Assembly (NCBI GenBank): GCA_039804245.1
Contig: JBDLWO010000065.1
Span: 764-64,763, forward strand
Reading direction: 5' to 3'
Source of the DNA: Bacteroidota bacterium
GTDB taxonomy: Bacteria > Bacteroidota > Bacteroidia > Chitinophagales > Saprospiraceae
Length of the DNA: 64,000 nt
The notes beneath the pieces are model-generated. The model saw only the letters and a program-made list of their open reading frames with translations, ran no database searches and was not told the origin of the DNA. Within the stretch, counting starts at the first letter, position 1. Each line of letters begins with the position of its first letter. Shown here in pieces: positions 62,210 through 64,000 of the stretch. The translations under genes and the position numbers were made by a program.

Positions 62210-64000
62210 ATGAAATATATCTCTGTCACCGTGCTGCTGCTGTTCAGCACACTCGCCATTCAGGCCCAGAACAAAAAAAAATGGGATGTAAACAATCCCG
62301 AAACAGGCATCCGATACAAGGATATTGAGTTCACTGCGTCAGAAGGCACCTGGATGTGCCTGGATGTCTCACCCGACGGGAAAACCATCGTTTTCGATCT
62401 GCTCGGCGATATCTACTCGATGCCAGCCACCGGTGGCACCGCCACCTGTCTTCGATCCGGACTCGCCTGGGAGGTACAGCCGCGCTTCTCTCCCGATGGC
62501 AGCAGGATTCTGTTTACCAGTGATGCCGGCGGAGGCGATAATATCTGGGTGATGAATACCGACGGAAGCCAGTCACGCCAGATCACCAAAGAAAACTTCC
62601 GGCTGCTCAATAATGCCGAATGGATTGATCAGGACTATTTCGTTGCAAGAAAACACTTCACCTCCACCCGATCGCTCGGCGCCGGGGAGCTGTGGATGTA
62701 CCACACCAACGGAGGCGATGGCGTACAGCTCACCAAACGCAAAAATGACCAGCAAGATCTGAACGAGCCTTCTGTTTCCACTGACGGCAAGTATATCTAC
62801 TTCAGTGAAGATATGTACGGGGGCGGTTACTTCCAGTATAACAAGAACCCCAATACGCAGATATTTGCCGTCAGACGCTACAACCGCGAAAAAGGCATCG
62901 TTGAGGATATTACAGGCGGATCTGGTGGCGCCTGTCGCCCCCAAATCAGCCAGGACGGCAAATGGCTCGCTTTTGTCAGACGGCAGGAAGTCAAAACGGT
63001 ACTCTTCCTGCTGAATCTGGAAACCGGCGAGGAATACCCTGTTGACGAGCAGCTCGACAAAGACCAGCAGGAAGCCTGGACAATTTTCGGCTGCTACCCG
63101 GGGTTCTCCTGGGCAGATGCAGAGAATATCGTTATCTGGCAACAGGGAAAGATATTCAGAATCAATGCCATGAAAACAGCGGAAGCCGTGAAGAACGGAC
63201 AAAAGCCCGCAGCGTCCCTTAAAACGAATATCCCGTTCACCTGCCAGGTAAAAACAAAGGTAGCTGAAACACAACGCACCCCTCAAAAGGTATTTGAAGA
63301 GCAGTTCACTGCCCGGGCAATCAGACAGGCAACCACGTCGCCCGATGGCAGATATCTCTTTTTTAATGCTGCCGGAAAACTCTACAGAAAAGACCTGAAA
63401 AGCGGAACAGTATCGCCATTCCCGGCTAAAAATGAAGTAATAACAGAAGAAAATAATCAGTTCGAACCCGCAGTGTCTCCCGACAGCAAGCGGGTTGTTT
63501 TTGTGGACTGGAATGATGAATCACTCGGTCGTATCATCATGGCTGCCACCGATGGCTCGGGCGCACGTGTGATATCCTCCGAAAAAGGAATATTCAGAAC
63601 CCCGTCCTTCTCTCCGGACGGACAATCCGTCGTTTACAGGAAACAGGGAGGTGATGACGAACTCGGTTTCATTCATTCCGGCAAACCCGGTATTTATATA
63701 CTGTCTTTGTCAACCGGCAAAACATCCTTTGTCACTGCAACGGGTGAAAATCCGCGCTTTTCTCCCGACGGGAAGCGTATTTTCGTGTCAACAGGCGGTT
63801 ATCTGTTTGGCGGATTCGACAAATCGCTCCGCTCATTCGATCTGAATGGCAACGATGAAAAAATACTGACCAGAAGTAAATATGCCAATCAGTGGATTCC
63901 CTCCCCCGACGGGAAATGGCTGGCATTTACAGAACTGCACAAGGCATTCGTTTGCGCCATGCCTATGCCCGGACAAACCCTGGATGTCAGCGGCGATATG
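62210..64000 (+). CDS. Secreted PD40/TolB-like beta-propeller protein, 3'-truncated by the window end (N-terminal part of the long Bacteroidota amidohydrolase-type proteins)
   Basis: Absent from the ORF track because there is no stop in the window. My own translation of 597 codons is open throughout: MKYISVTVLLLFSTLAIQAQ (signal), then repeated PD40 motifs (LDVSPDGKTIVFDLLGDIY, QPRFSPDGSRILFTSD, PQISQDGKWLAFVRR, TTSPDGRYLFF, PAVSPDSKRVVFV, PSFSPDGQSVVY, NPRFSPDGKRIFV, IPSPDGKWLAF). Confidence 0.8.
   Translation, partial: MKYISVTVLLLFSTLAIQAQNKKKWDVNNPETGIRYKDIEFTASEGTWMCLDVSPDGKTIVFDLLGDIYSMPATGGTATCLRSGLAWEVQPRFSPDGSRILFTSDAGGGDNIWVMNTDGSQSRQITKENFRLLNNAEWIDQDYFVARKHFTSTRSLGAGELWMYHTNGGDGVQLTKRKNDQQDLNEPSVSTDGKYIYFSEDMYGGGYFQYNKNPNTQIFAVRRYNREKGIVEDITGGSGGACRPQISQDGKWLAFVRRQEVKTVLFLLNLETGEEYPVDEQLDKDQQEAWTIFGCYPGFSWADAENIVIWQQGKIFRINAMKTAEAVKNGQKPAASLKTNIPFTCQVKTKVAETQRTPQKVFEEQFTARAIRQATTSPDGRYLFFNAAGKLYRKDLKSGTVSPFPAKNEVITEENNQFEPAVSPDSKRVVFVDWNDESLGRIIMAATDGSGARVISSEKGIFRTPSFSPDGQSVVYRKQGGDDELGFIHSGKPGIYILSLSTGKTSFVTATGENPRFSPDGKRIFVSTGGYLFGGFDKSLRSFDLNGNDEKILTRSKYANQWIPSPDGKWLAFTELHKAFVCAMPMPGQTLDVSGDM

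Noticed and set aside
62573-63286. 237-aa minus-strand ORF near the window end.
   Set aside because: It is antisense to the open plus-strand frame from 62210, which shows repeated PD40 motifs and a signal peptide. The minus-strand product has no motif.
1-64000. Search for CRISPR arrays, tRNA, rRNA or tmRNA genes, prophage, integrase or transposase genes, and toxin-antitoxin or known defence operons.
   Set aside because: I found no regularly spaced direct repeats. No intergenic region is long enough or cloverleaf-like enough for a tRNA or rRNA. No recombinase or phage-like ORFs are present. Intergenic regions longer than 150 nt (8277-8510, 11337-11670, 12391-12576, 28676-29047, 31448-31647, 49752-50062, 57293-57487) are explained by promoters, terminators or the repeat element, or show nothing I can interpret.

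Overview
The window looks like a gene-dense chromosomal segment from a Bacteroidota-type genome. The evidence for that placement is type A and type B T9SS C-terminal sorting domains, a PorP/SprF gene, SprB-type repeats and TAnnTTTG-type -7 boxes. All calls come from reading the translations and the DNA by eye; no homology search was run.

I support about 45 protein-coding genes.
- Housekeeping: a RidA fragment, a class V aminotransferase, HMG-CoA lyase, smc, mutS2, lpxB, mqnB, a YggS-type enzyme, ppa, a SpoU-type and a THUMP-type RNA methyltransferase, and a CCA/poly(A)-polymerase-family enzyme.
- Envelope: an RND pump lacking its partners, a block of four glycosyltransferases, a GT2, a Wzx-like flippase, a PAP2 phosphatase and two SGNH hydrolases.
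- T9SS genes at unusually high density: two giant type-B-CTD adhesins (1364 aa and about 2470 aa), one of them in a PorP/SprF plus OmpA-like operon, and four type-A-CTD cargo proteins.

I saw no rRNA, tRNA, CRISPR array, transposase, integrase or recognisable defence operon.

The observations most worth a second look are:
1. A palindromic intergenic element of about 145-155 bp, MITE/REP-like and not explained by any gene. There are two full copies in opposite orientation and one internally deleted copy.
2. The largest adhesin gene is split by a single frame change, which separates its signal peptide from the remaining 2173 codons.
3. The same gene contains four tandem super-repeats of about 825 bp, each carrying a CxC-x-(T/S/D)-(D/G)-AG motif.
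4. Two paralogous proteins of about 940 aa share a TPR/PD40/beta-sandwich body but end in different peptidoglycan-binding modules, three SPOR-like repeats versus an OmpA-like domain.
5. An AT-rich single-gene islet.

I could not identify a clearly novel multi-gene system. The candidates above are leads, not demonstrations.
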